Below, in pieces: positions 27,911 through 36,780 of a DNA stretch of 49,813 nucleotides; positions within the stretch are counted from its first letter, which is position 1, and every line of letters begins with the position of its first letter. The stretch lies in the NCBI GenBank assembly GCA_031414535.1, contig JANNVQ010000024.1:1-49813 (forward strand). The letters are read 5' to 3'. A program made the position numbers and the translations under genes. This stretch comes from Gemmatimonas sp. (GTDB taxonomy: Bacteria; Gemmatimonadota; Gemmatimonadetes; Gemmatimonadales; Gemmatimonadaceae). The notes below the pieces were generated by a model. That model saw only the letters and a list, made by a program, of their open reading frames with translations, had not been told where the DNA came from and ran no database searches.

Positions 27911-29677
27911 TTACAACCCAGCCAAAAGCGCGTCATTGGAAGTGGTTCCCGCAATGCGCTTAATCAGCCACTCCATCCCCGACTGCGGTGGCATCTGCTG
28001 GAGTCCGCGGCGTAGCGTGTAGATGGCATCAATCTGCTCCGCCTTGTAGAGCTTCTCCTCGCGACGCGTGCCGCTTGTCGCAATGTCAAACGCGGGGAAG
28101 ATGCGCTTTTCGGAGAGGCCACGGTCGAGCTTAATCTCGCAGTTGCCGGTGCCCTTAAACTCCTCGAAGATTACATCATCCATACGCGAACCCGTCTCCA
28201 CCAGTGCCGTGGCGATGATGGTCAGCGAGCCGCCACCGTGCTGCTCTAGGATGTTGCGCGCCGAGCCGAAGAAGGCCTTGGGCTTGGCCATCGCAGAGGT
28301 ATCGAGACCGCCAGACAGTGTGCGGCCAGTGCCGCGCTCTGCCGTGTTGAATGCACGAGCCATACGCGTGAGCGAGTCGAGCACGATGATGACGTCCTTG
28401 CCCTGTTCAACGAGACGACGCGAACGCTCGATCACCATCTCTACCACTTCAACGTGACGCTTGGCCGGCTGGTCGAATGACGACGCAATGACTTCGCCAA
28501 CGCCCCACGAAATCGCCTCGCTCACTTCTTCCGGACGCTCGTCCACGAGGAGGATGAGCAGGGTTGCCGTCGGGTGATTGATGGCGATGCCTTCCGTGAT
28601 GGCCTGCATCAACATCGTCTTGCCAGCGCGGGCCGGAGCCACAATTAAGGCACGCTGACCGAAGCCGATTGGCGAAATGAGATCAATCGCGCGGCGTGTA
28701 AGCTCGGGTCCGCCCTTGGCGGAGCGCCCGGTTTCGAGCGTCAGGCGACGCTCGGGATATGAAGCGATAAGCGTCTGGAAATCGACGCGGCGCTGTCCCT
28801 CAACAGGGTCGGCACCATTGATAGAGACGAGCTCGGCCACCGCAATACGACCGCGGGAATCGCGTCCCGTACGCGCCACAAGCGCATCACCACGGCGAAG
28901 CGAATACTGGCGCACCAAGTGCGGTGGGACCCAAGCATCACCCGCTTCGTTCAGATAGCTGTACTCAGGGCGGCGAATGAAGCCGGAATCGCGCGCTGGG
29001 TCAAACCAGCCGCTGGACTCTCCGTCCACCACTAAGATGATTGGCGGGCCTTGGTCGCGGGGCTCGTGATTGTGTCGGTCGCCACGGTCCGGACGCTCGC
29101 CACGCGGCGGACGCTCACCACGCTCGGGACGCTCACCACGCGGCGGACGCTCGCCCTGCTCCGGCCGTTCTCCGCGACGCCCACGTCCTCGCTGACGTCG
29201 GCCTCGGCGGCCACGTCCGTTGCGGTCAGGACGATCCGGGCGCTCACCGCGATCCTGCCAGGGGCGCTCGCCACCCTCTCGCGGAGCGCTGTCACCTTCA
29301 GCACGCTCACTGACCGGCGCATCGCCGCTTGGCGCAGCGCTGGGCCCAGCGTTTGGTGGTGCACTTGGTGGTGCGCTTGGTGGTGCGCTTGGCGGTGTGT
29401 TTGCCGCGCTTATCGAGTCGCTGCTGGGCGTGTCGTGCCCGTTGTTGCTCGGGTCGCTGTCAGGCTTGTTGCCCGCCTTGCCCGCCGCTCCCCTTCTGGG
29501 GCGGACTCCGCGCGCTGGCCGCACCGGAGCCTCGGGGTCAGCAACGGGTTCGGGACGTGATTTGGGCTCGGTCGGTGACGACTCGAGGTATGGATCGGCA
29601 TCCGAAGTAACATCCGGAGCTTCGCCGCTACGCGGCTTGCCGCGCCCGCGACGGGGTGAACGGGGACGATCTGTCAT
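27911..29677 (-). CDS. rho: Transcription termination factor Rho with a long low-complexity N-terminal extension
   Basis: PIGFGQRALIVAPARAGKT, LLVDERPEEV, LDSLTRMARAFN, GSLTIIATALVETGSRMDDVIFEEFKGTGN, SGTRREE. Confidence 0.95.
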   Translation of the reverse strand: MTDRPRSPRRGRGKPRSGEAPDVTSDADPYLESSPTEPKSRPEPVADPEAPVRPARGVRPRRGAAGKAGNKPDSDPSNNGHDTPSSDSISAANTPPSAPPSAPPSAPPNAGPSAAPSGDAPVSERAEGDSAPREGGERPWQDRGERPDRPDRNGRGRRGRRQRGRGRRGERPEQGERPPRGERPERGERPPRGERPDRGDRHNHEPRDQGPPIILVVDGESSGWFDPARDSGFIRRPEYSYLNEAGDAWVPPHLVRQYSLRRGDALVARTGRDSRGRIAVAELVSINGADPVEGQRRVDFQTLIASYPERRLTLETGRSAKGGPELTRRAIDLISPIGFGQRALIVAPARAGKTMLMQAITEGIAINHPTATLLILLVDERPEEVSEAISWGVGEVIASSFDQPAKRHVEVVEMVIERSRRLVEQGKDVIIVLDSLTRMARAFNTAERGTGRTLSGGLDTSAMAKPKAFFGSARNILEQHGGGSLTIIATALVETGSRMDDVIFEEFKGTGNCEIKLDRGLSEKRIFPAFDIATSGTRREEKLYKAEQIDAIYTLRRGLQQMPPQSGMEWLIKRIAGTTSNDALLAGL

Positions 29678-29955
29678 TCAATGGGGTGTAGGACCACGCT
29701 GGGTCGTTGCGGAGGGGAACCCGCGGTACAGCGACAGCGATGTGTAGAGAGCAAAGCAGCCCTGACAAGTCCAGCCGAATCTCGGCGCATCTGGCCGAGG
29801 GACGTCGCGCGAATCGGCGCAACGGGGGAGTGTCTGGGAGCGCGGCCATCCGGTGGGCAAAGGGCCTCACCACGACGGGGCGGTTGATTGAGTATGCCCG
29901 TTCCCGAGCCGTTTGGCAACCCTTCTGTGCCGCAGAGTGTGCCGGAACATTCCCG

Positions 29956-30141
29956 TTACATCTCCGGCGGCACCTGCTCGCGGACAATTTGGACCATCCG
30001 CCGGGTGAGCCCGATGCAGCGCTCTACCGCCGCGCGGTGTGCGTCCGGCAAGTCCTCCATCTCTAGGAGCTGGAGCTCAGCGAGGATGCCGGCGAGAGGA
30101 TTATTCAGGGTGTGTTGCAGTGACTTCTTGTAAGCGTCCAC
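29956..30141 (-). CDS. Stand-alone HisKA-like (phosphoacceptor/dimerization) mini-protein, 61 aa
   Basis: GGAG then GTG at 30141; LQHTLNNPLAGILAELQLL is an H-box pattern, followed by a second helix; no ATPase domain. Confidence 0.6.
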   Translation of the reverse strand: MDAYKKSLQHTLNNPLAGILAELQLLEMEDLPDAHRAAVERCIGLTRRMVQIVREQVPPEM

Positions 30142-30186
30142 GCCAGCTCCGGTGCCGTGGGCGCCTGGCGCCCGATAACTTTGGGA

Positions 30187-30783
30187 ATGGTTCAATCTGC
30201 ACAAAATGCGCGGACAGCCGTTGCGGCCGTCGTGAAAGCTTATCGGCAGGATGGCGATATCGCCAAGCTCCTCGCCACTCTCGACGCGGTCGTGACGGCC
30301 ACCCCGTCCACCAGCGAACTCATCGCGGCGGTGGAGCCCTACCGCGAAATGCACGAGGTAGCAGGTCCGGTTTACGAGCGTGTCGTAGAGCGCGAGCCCG
30401 ACAACGCGGCCGCCCTCGTGGCGCTTGCCAACGCCTACTGGCTTACCGGGCGGGGACCTGATGTGGTGGGCGAAATCGCCGGGCGCGCATTGGCCTCTGA
30501 CCCTTCCAACCGTGCGGCTTGGCATCTGTGGGCGCTCACGGAATCCTCGCCACGGGGCCGCATGAGCCGTTGGCAACAGGTGACGATGCGCTTTCCCGAT
30601 GACAAGCTGGCCTTCGCGTCCATGGCCGACAACGCCGCAAGTGTGGCGAGCGCCGAGAACGATCCCGTCGCGCTCAAGCTGGCCATCGGTACTTACGAAC
30701 TCCTGATGGCAACGGCCAGCGAAGATCGCGAGAAGGAAGCGCTCGCTTCGGCGCTTACGACGCTGAAGAACTGGAAGGTGTAG
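30187..30783 (+). CDS. TPR-like helical hypothetical protein
   Basis: Ala-rich helices with EPDNAAALVALANAYW and ALASDPSNRAAW; TAACTT box 5 nt before the ATG. Confidence 0.65.
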   Translation: MVQSAQNARTAVAAVVKAYRQDGDIAKLLATLDAVVTATPSTSELIAAVEPYREMHEVAGPVYERVVEREPDNAAALVALANAYWLTGRGPDVVGEIAGRALASDPSNRAAWHLWALTESSPRGRMSRWQQVTMRFPDDKLAFASMADNAASVASAENDPVALKLAIGTYELLMATASEDREKEALASALTTLKNWKV

Positions 30784-31555
30784 GCGCCACGCGCGCCACG
30801 ATCATCTGCACGAACTCATCCGGCGCGATTCGCGCCCGCGCCCGCGCCGTCGTCATGCCGCTGGCCCAACGCATGATTTTGGCCAGATGATGCGGACTCG
30901 AGAAGCCGAGCGCCTCGGCCACGTCCTCGATGGCCATGTCGCCTTCGCGCAGTAAGGCATAGGCACGCAATGCACGGGCGGCGGCGAGGATCTCTCGGGG
31001 CGACGCCAGCGCGGCTCGTTCGCATTCGCGGTAGATAGTCCGACGCGAGACCTTCGCGGCCGCCGCGAAGTCGGGGACGGAATCGAAAGCCGCTGGCGTG
31101 TGAATCACGCGTTCCAGCGCAGACGCGACGTCCGGCGGGAGTTGCGATAAGTGCGGGGCCAGCGCCAATGCGAGACTATCGGAGACTCGCACGCCAGGCT
31201 GACGCTCAAAGATGGCGCAGAGCTGCAGCGGATGATCGTCCACATCGGCGATAATCAGCTGATTGATGCCGGAGAGGCTGAGCGTGACGATTGCCGGAAG
31301 CGTCTTCGCGTCCAGCGTTGTGTAGATGACAAACGGGGTGGCCGGGTAGATGCGGCGCAGTTCCAGCACGGGCGCGAGCGTGAGCGTGGCGGGGCTGCCG
31401 AAGCGGGGATCCACCACGATCACATCAACCGGGTGCCGCTCCACGGCGCCAGCCACGTCTTCCCAATCGAGGGCCGCGTACACGCGGTGCGCTCCATCGC
31501 AATCGGCCCGCAGGCGTGTCAGGAGTTCCGCAGGAACGCAGGCGAGAATGTTCAT
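30755..31555 (-). CDS. AraC-family regulator with a receiver-like N-terminal domain
   Basis: C-terminal VSRRTIYR and IEDVAEALGFSSPHHL; N-terminal VDVIVVDP...PFVIYT. Confidence 0.8.
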   Translation of the reverse strand: MNILACVPAELLTRLRADCDGAHRVYAALDWEDVAGAVERHPVDVIVVDPRFGSPATLTLAPVLELRRIYPATPFVIYTTLDAKTLPAIVTLSLSGINQLIIADVDDHPLQLCAIFERQPGVRVSDSLALALAPHLSQLPPDVASALERVIHTPAAFDSVPDFAAAAKVSRRTIYRECERAALASPREILAAARALRAYALLREGDMAIEDVAEALGFSSPHHLAKIMRWASGMTTARARARIAPDEFVQMIVARVAPTPSSSSAS

Positions 31556-31992
31556 ACTGCTGCCTCCGTCGGCGCAGATGCTCGCGCGGCCAGCACGGCC
31601 GGACTGCCGACGAGCAGGTCAATGTCGGCCGCCAGTGCAGGTTGGCCGCGCCGCGCGAAGAGATCGGCAAGAGCCGCGAGTCGCGGCAACACGGCGCTGG
31701 GATGCGAATCGCGCAGCATCAACATGCCGTCCACGATGCGCCCGAGCAGGTACTGGAGATCGCCATCGTCCTGCAATCCTTCAACCGCGGCACGGGTGGC
31801 GCGCAGCATCGGTGACGTGCCGTCTGTGACCATCGCGCCTTGGAGCATCCACTCATCGAACAGGCGCAAGGTCAGAAAGCTGGCACGCAGCGCCCTCGCC
31901 TGGATGGATTGCTCGCGCTGCTCAATCATCGCCTCCAGAAAGGCGAGGTGCTTCAGTGCGGGCTTTGGGCCGCGAGGCCGACGAATGGACAT
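31552..31992 (-). CDS. Hypothetical helical protein, translationally coupled to the AraC gene
   Basis: 146-aa ORF with a 4-nt overlap to the AraC start; no recognised motif. Confidence 0.55.
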   Translation of the reverse strand: MSIRRPRGPKPALKHLAFLEAMIEQREQSIQARALRASFLTLRLFDEWMLQGAMVTDGTSPMLRATRAAVEGLQDDGDLQYLLGRIVDGMLMLRDSHPSAVLPRLAALADLFARRGQPALAADIDLLVGSPAVLAARASAPTEAAV

Positions 31993-32056
31993 GCGCTGTG
32001 GGCGTTGAGGGTATGCACATAGTATCGGCTTGTGCCTCTAAGCCTTGATTCGTGCG

Positions 32057-33001
32057 TCACCTCGTGATGCGACCCGCACTCACATAGCGCGAATTGTTGC
32101 GATCAAGCTGGTCGAGCAAGCGCTCAAGCTCATCGGCAAATACCTGCACCCGGGGAATGCGCATCGGGTCGAACTGCGGATCCTTGGGCGAGCGCGAGGG
32201 GCCGCCCGCCACCATCAGCACCGCGTTGAACTCGTAGCGCATCTCGCGCTTGCTGCGAGGGTCGGTCCAGCGGCCGGCGCGGATGAGGGAGCGGTCGGCA
32301 GGCCACTCGCCCAGGGGCAGCGCAAAGGTGGTCGTACGGTAGCCGCTGACCGCGGAGTCCACCGCGAGTTGCGCGCGCGCAATCTGCTCCTGTGCGAGCG
32401 CCGAGCCGGCTCGCGCGAGGTTCACGTGGTAGAGCGTGTGATTGCAGATCTCGTGGCCCTGCTCCACGAGGTAGCGGACCTTCCGATGCCGCCATTCGCT
32501 CTTTTGGCCCTGAATGTTGCGCTCGCCGAAAAGGGCGTGGCCCTCGCTGGCCGCCGTGAGCACGCAAAAGGTGCCGCGGCCTCGCCACTCCGGATGCCTC
32601 GCCGCGAAGGCGTCCCAGATGCCGACGGCCGAGCGCGGGTCCACCTTCAGCTGACCGTTCTCCTCGATGTAGCGAAACTGGCCAGGTGAGGCGTCGTCGA
32701 AGGTGATGACTACCGGCGAGAGGCCTGCGGGTAAATCGAAGTTCCCGCTCACCATCTGCCGCACCGTTATTGGGCGGTATCCGCGCGCGTGCAGGAGCTC
32801 CAGATCCCGGGCGAAGCGCTGCCAGTTGCGCGACCAGCGGCTCTCTCGTTCTCCGATGAGGTGGTACTCGAGGACGGGAATACGACCCATCTCGTTGGCT
32901 ACGCGCGAAACGGCCCGGGTCGGCTGAGTGCTACGGCCTGGGCTGGCTTGCGCTGTGAGTAGGACGGGGAGAAACGCGAGCGTGATGACGATGCGGAGCA
33001 T
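32057..33001 (-). CDS. Secreted polysaccharide deacetylase (NodB/CE4-like)
   Basis: Signal peptide; PVLEYH, ITFDD, GHEICNHTLYH, ALPLG. Confidence 0.85.
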   Translation of the reverse strand: MLRIVITLAFLPVLLTAQASPGRSTQPTRAVSRVANEMGRIPVLEYHLIGERESRWSRNWQRFARDLELLHARGYRPITVRQMVSGNFDLPAGLSPVVITFDDASPGQFRYIEENGQLKVDPRSAVGIWDAFAARHPEWRGRGTFCVLTAASEGHALFGERNIQGQKSEWRHRKVRYLVEQGHEICNHTLYHVNLARAGSALAQEQIARAQLAVDSAVSGYRTTTFALPLGEWPADRSLIRAGRWTDPRSKREMRYEFNAVLMVAGGPSRSPKDPQFDPMRIPRVQVFADELERLLDQLDRNNSRYVSAGRITR

Positions 33002-33160
33002 GGGTGAAACGTATCGGAGTGGTCTCGATTGCCCATCCCCTCCTAGGAATGAGAGTGCCTACCGACACTTTTCTTGGTGGATTACGGAACAACCCGTGAC
33101 ATAACCCGATTGCTCTGGGGTAGTAATAGCACAACCCCGCCAAGCAGAATGGAGCAGTAA

Positions 33161-33673
33161 ATGGACGTGATGGTGCAGTGGGATCCAACCGAAGAGGCGC
33201 GCGCCGCATTTGCAAGCGTGAACGCCGTGGCCTCTCCCGAGACGCTCGAGTCGCCGACGCGCGAAATCGTGACGCTGTACGGAGAACCAACTCCCGAGGC
33301 CTTCGCGATGGCGTTGGCCGCCTCCGTTGAAGCGCGCAAGCGACTGGGCGTGGGCTACACGACCGGAGAAATCCGCCTCACGGCTGCCGATGGCGCCGTT
33401 GGTGAGACCTCGTTTCGCGATGTGTCCGGCGAGATTATCCGTCGCGAACTCACGATTCCATTCACGGTGTTAAAGGAGACGGCGGCAGAAATTCTCGCCG
33501 AGGGTGGCCAGAGCATCCGCCGCCTGCTTGCCGGTCTGCAGATGCCGGACTGGCCCGAAGGCGCACGTCGCGCGCTGGGCTTTCAGTTTGCGACGGCGTC
33601 CGCGGTTGGGACTGCGGATACGCTGGCCGCGCACCGCGAGGCTGACGCCGAGAACTTCCAAGACGAAGACTGA
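33161..33673 (+). CDS. Hypothetical protein
   Basis: 170 aa; GGAG upstream; followed by a hairpin. Confidence 0.6.
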   Translation: MDVMVQWDPTEEARAAFASVNAVASPETLESPTREIVTLYGEPTPEAFAMALAASVEARKRLGVGYTTGEIRLTAADGAVGETSFRDVSGEIIRRELTIPFTVLKETAAEILAEGGQSIRRLLAGLQMPDWPEGARRALGFQFATASAVGTADTLAAHREADAENFQDED

Positions 33674-33692
33674 GTCTCGTCGAGTGAGGTCC

Positions 33693-33724
33693 ACGGGCGC
33701 CCCTCGGGGCGCCCGTTTGCGTTT
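33693..33724 (+). terminator. Probable intrinsic terminator
   Basis: ACGGGCGCCC-CTCG-GGGCGCCCGT followed by TTGCGTTT. Confidence 0.6.
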
Positions 33725-33837
33725 GGGGCAAACCCTCACAGCGCCGTCCTGAACCACCCGATTGCACGGCCTCGCGCCGAGGGCGAACATCCAATCCCCA
33801 GACGCGCCCGCCTGAAGGCGGGAGGAGGGATGGCCCA

Positions 33838-35919
33838 ATGCGGGAGTACAAGAGCGCGGAAATCCGCAATGTTGCGGTGGTCGGACACGGAGCGAGCGGG
33901 AAGACCACACTGGTCGACGCGCTCGCTTTTGTTTCGGGCTCCACTCGACGACACGGCAACGTGCGAGACGGTAGCACCCTCACGGATACGTCTCCCGAGG
34001 AAATCGCCCGCGGCTATTCCATCGCGCTCGGCTGTGCGCACGCCGAATGGCGGAACTCCAAGATCAACCTGCTCGACACCCCAGGCTATGCGGACTTCGC
34101 CGGTGATGCGATGGCGGGTCTCGTGGCGGCGGACGGCGCCTTGGTCACGGTGGCCGCAAACAGCGGCGTGGAAGTAGGCACCGAGCGCATGTTCCGCGAG
34201 GCGGTGAAGCGTCACGATCCCGTGCTCTTCGTGGTCTCGATGATGGATAAGGACACCGCCAACTTTGATGCGGCCTACCAGTCCATCAAGACCAAGCTGA
34301 CCGACAAAGTCGTGCCGGTGGAGATTCCCATCGGTTCAGGTGCAGGATTCAAGGGCATCATCAACCTCTTCACCAAAAAGGCGCACACCTTCAAGCCAGG
34401 CACCAAGGCCGGCGAGTTTGAAGAAGGCCCTATCCCGGCGAGTGAGCAAGCGCGCTTTGCGCGTTATCACGCGGAGATGGTCGAGGCCGTCGCCGCCACA
34501 GACGATGGCTTGCTCGAGCGATTCTTTGCAGGCGAGGAACTCCCCGGTGACGACGAGATGCGCGCAATGAAAGAAGCCATGAAGCGCGCTGAGCTCTTTC
34601 CCCTCCTGTGCTGCTCGGCACAACTCACCTACGGCGTCCCCGCGCTGCTGGATCTCCTCGTGGCGCTGATGCCCAATGCCTACGAGATGGAAGAGCTGCA
34701 CGCGCTCCGCGGTGCCGAAGGGGAGCATACGGTGGAAATACATCCCCGAGACGATGCGCCATTTACGGCCCTGGTGTTCAAGACCACCACCGAACCACAC
34801 GTGGGCGAGGTGAGCTACTTCCGCAGTTATGCTGGCTTGGTGCGCAACGGCAGCGATGTCTTTAACGCCACGCGCTCGGCGCCGGAGAAGCTGTCACACC
34901 TCGCGATTCCACAAGGCAAGGAGCGCCTCGAAGTCACGGCGCTACATCCCGGTGACATCGGCTGCGTGGCCAAGCTGCGCAACACGCACACCAACGATAC
35001 GCTGAGTACCAAGGAGCATCCGGTGCGCATGCCAGCGATTCCGTTTCCCGATTCTCTGGTGAGCTTTGCCATCGAAGCCGCCTTCCGGGTGGACGAGGAG
35101 CGGCTGCAGAACGGCTTGCATCGCCTACACGACGAAGATCCAACCATCCAGACGCATTACGAGTCGGAGACGCACGAGACAATCATCGAAGGTCTGGGCG
35201 AGCGTCACCTTGAACTCGCGCTGGCGCGACTTGAGCGGCAGTTCGGTGCCAAGGCCAACTTGCACCCGCCGCGCGTACCTTATCGCGAGACCTTACTGGG
35301 TAAAGCCGAGGGCCAGGGTCGCCACAAGAAGCAGACGGGCGGCAAAGGCCAGTTCGGCGATTGCTGGATTCGCATCAAGCCAGTGGCTCGCGGCGCCGGT
35401 TACCGCTTCGTGGATAACATCTCTGGCGGCGTCATCCCGCGGCATTACATCCCCGCAGTGGATAAAGGCGTGCAAGAGGCCGCCGAGCGTGGCGTGTTGG
35501 CGGGCTTTCCCGTGGTGGACTTCGAGGTGGAAGTCTTCGATGGCAGCTACCACGCGGTGGATTCCAACGAGGCCTCGTTCAAGATGGCCGGAATCCTCGC
35601 GTTCAAGAACATCGCGGCGCAGGCGCGGCCCGTGCTACTGGAGCCCTTGATGCAGGTGGAAGTGCTCACGCCGGACGCGCACCTCGGCGATGTACTCGGC
35701 GATCTCTCTGGGCGTCGCGGGCACATCGTGGGCACGGAGCCGCGCGGCGACGGCAGTGGATCGGTGGTGAAGGCCGTGGTGCCCATGGCCGAGTTACATC
35801 TGTACGCCACGCGTCTGCAGAGTCTCACGCACGGGTATGGAACCGTCTCGTACCGGATGCACGGGTTTGAGCAGGCGCCGGCTGAAGTGTTGCAGAAAGT
35901 GATGAAGGCGCAGCGTTAG
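33838..35919 (+). CDS. Elongation factor G paralogue (EF-G2-like)
   Basis: GHGASGKTT, divergent effector RGYSI, DTPGYADF, GLGERHL, HKKQTGGKGQFG, DGSYHAVDS; not in an rps/tuf operon. Confidence 0.9.
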   Translation: MREYKSAEIRNVAVVGHGASGKTTLVDALAFVSGSTRRHGNVRDGSTLTDTSPEEIARGYSIALGCAHAEWRNSKINLLDTPGYADFAGDAMAGLVAADGALVTVAANSGVEVGTERMFREAVKRHDPVLFVVSMMDKDTANFDAAYQSIKTKLTDKVVPVEIPIGSGAGFKGIINLFTKKAHTFKPGTKAGEFEEGPIPASEQARFARYHAEMVEAVAATDDGLLERFFAGEELPGDDEMRAMKEAMKRAELFPLLCCSAQLTYGVPALLDLLVALMPNAYEMEELHALRGAEGEHTVEIHPRDDAPFTALVFKTTTEPHVGEVSYFRSYAGLVRNGSDVFNATRSAPEKLSHLAIPQGKERLEVTALHPGDIGCVAKLRNTHTNDTLSTKEHPVRMPAIPFPDSLVSFAIEAAFRVDEERLQNGLHRLHDEDPTIQTHYESETHETIIEGLGERHLELALARLERQFGAKANLHPPRVPYRETLLGKAEGQGRHKKQTGGKGQFGDCWIRIKPVARGAGYRFVDNISGGVIPRHYIPAVDKGVQEAAERGVLAGFPVVDFEVEVFDGSYHAVDSNEASFKMAGILAFKNIAAQARPVLLEPLMQVEVLTPDAHLGDVLGDLSGRRGHIVGTEPRGDGSGSVVKAVVPMAELHLYATRLQSLTHGYGTVSYRMHGFEQAPAEVLQKVMKAQR

Positions 35920-36671
35920 ATTTTGTGGTACGAAATCCGCGCCGACTCGGCGCGGTCCGCCGCCGTGTACACTTCGAAGTCATTGAAGAAGGCCGGTGCC
36001 TCGGCCTGCATCGTGCGCAGAATCATCAAAGCCGCCCGGCGAATTTCAAACTCCGCGCCCTCGGCCGAGCGCAGTTCGAGCATCGTGCGCCACGCGCGCA
36101 CATTGCCCGTAACGACGATTTTCGTCTCCGTGGAGTTCGGCAACACCCCACGCGCCGCTTCGCGCGCCATCTTCCGGCGGTGGATTTTGTCGTCCACCCA
36201 CTGGTAGCGCGTCATCAGCTTGTCTACGAGGGCGACGTAGGTGGCCTGCGCGCTCTCGATTTGTGTCTTCCAGGCCTCCACGAGCGCCTCGTCGCCGATG
36301 ATGGCCGGCGGAATCACGAAGGCCGCGTCGGATTCATCTACGTAGCGCTGCGAAAGCTGCGAGTACGCAAATCCTGCGCGATGACGCACCAGTTCGTGCG
36401 TCAGCGAGCGCGACACACCTTCGAGCAGCAACGAGTAGTTGGCGTGCTCAAATACCGAGCCGTGCCCCTGCTTCTTGATGTTCTCGAGGTAATCGTGCGT
36501 CGTGCGTGAGGCCGGATTCTTCTGGCTCATATAGCAGAGGCGTCCCGCAAACTCCGCGAGCTTCTCGCCATCGGTGCTCTCGCCAATCCAGTTGACCGGC
36601 AAGTGCTCGGGCTGGAGGAAGACGGGGCGGGAGAGGACGGTGACCCGCGGAGCGGTGTAGAAATGAGGCAT
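35916..36671 (-). CDS. thyX: FAD-dependent thymidylate synthase
   Basis: GHGSVFEH, ThyX motif SRSLTHELVRHRAGFAYSQLSQRYV, EAARGVLP, EIR. Confidence 0.95.
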   Translation of the reverse strand: MPHFYTAPRVTVLSRPVFLQPEHLPVNWIGESTDGEKLAEFAGRLCYMSQKNPASRTTHDYLENIKKQGHGSVFEHANYSLLLEGVSRSLTHELVRHRAGFAYSQLSQRYVDESDAAFVIPPAIIGDEALVEAWKTQIESAQATYVALVDKLMTRYQWVDDKIHRRKMAREAARGVLPNSTETKIVVTGNVRAWRTMLELRSAEGAEFEIRRAALMILRTMQAEAPAFFNDFEVYTAADRAESARISYHKI

Positions 36672-36777
36672 TGTTTAGATGACGGATGACGGATGACGGA
36701 TGACGGATGCTACGGCGGAGCAGACTTCGGCTCAACGGTGCAGTTTGCATCCGTCATCCGTCATCCGTCCAGAAACA
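36672..36777. repeat. GACGGAT heptamer inverted-repeat cassette directly upstream of thyX
   Basis: TGTTT..4 units (36681-36708) GC ... GC 3 inverted ATCCGTC units (36749-36769) ..AAACA. Confidence 0.9.
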
Positions 36778-36780
36778 AAC

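Noticed and set aside
30142..30576. N-terminal 145 aa of the 206-aa minus-strand ORF
   Set aside because: Mostly antisense to the TPR-like gene; only the last 61 aa look like a real domain.
33002..33160. AT-richer spacers (also 44574-44734 and 45830-46020) as ncRNA or riboswitch
   Set aside because: No recognisable RNA family motif; consistent with ordinary promoter regions.
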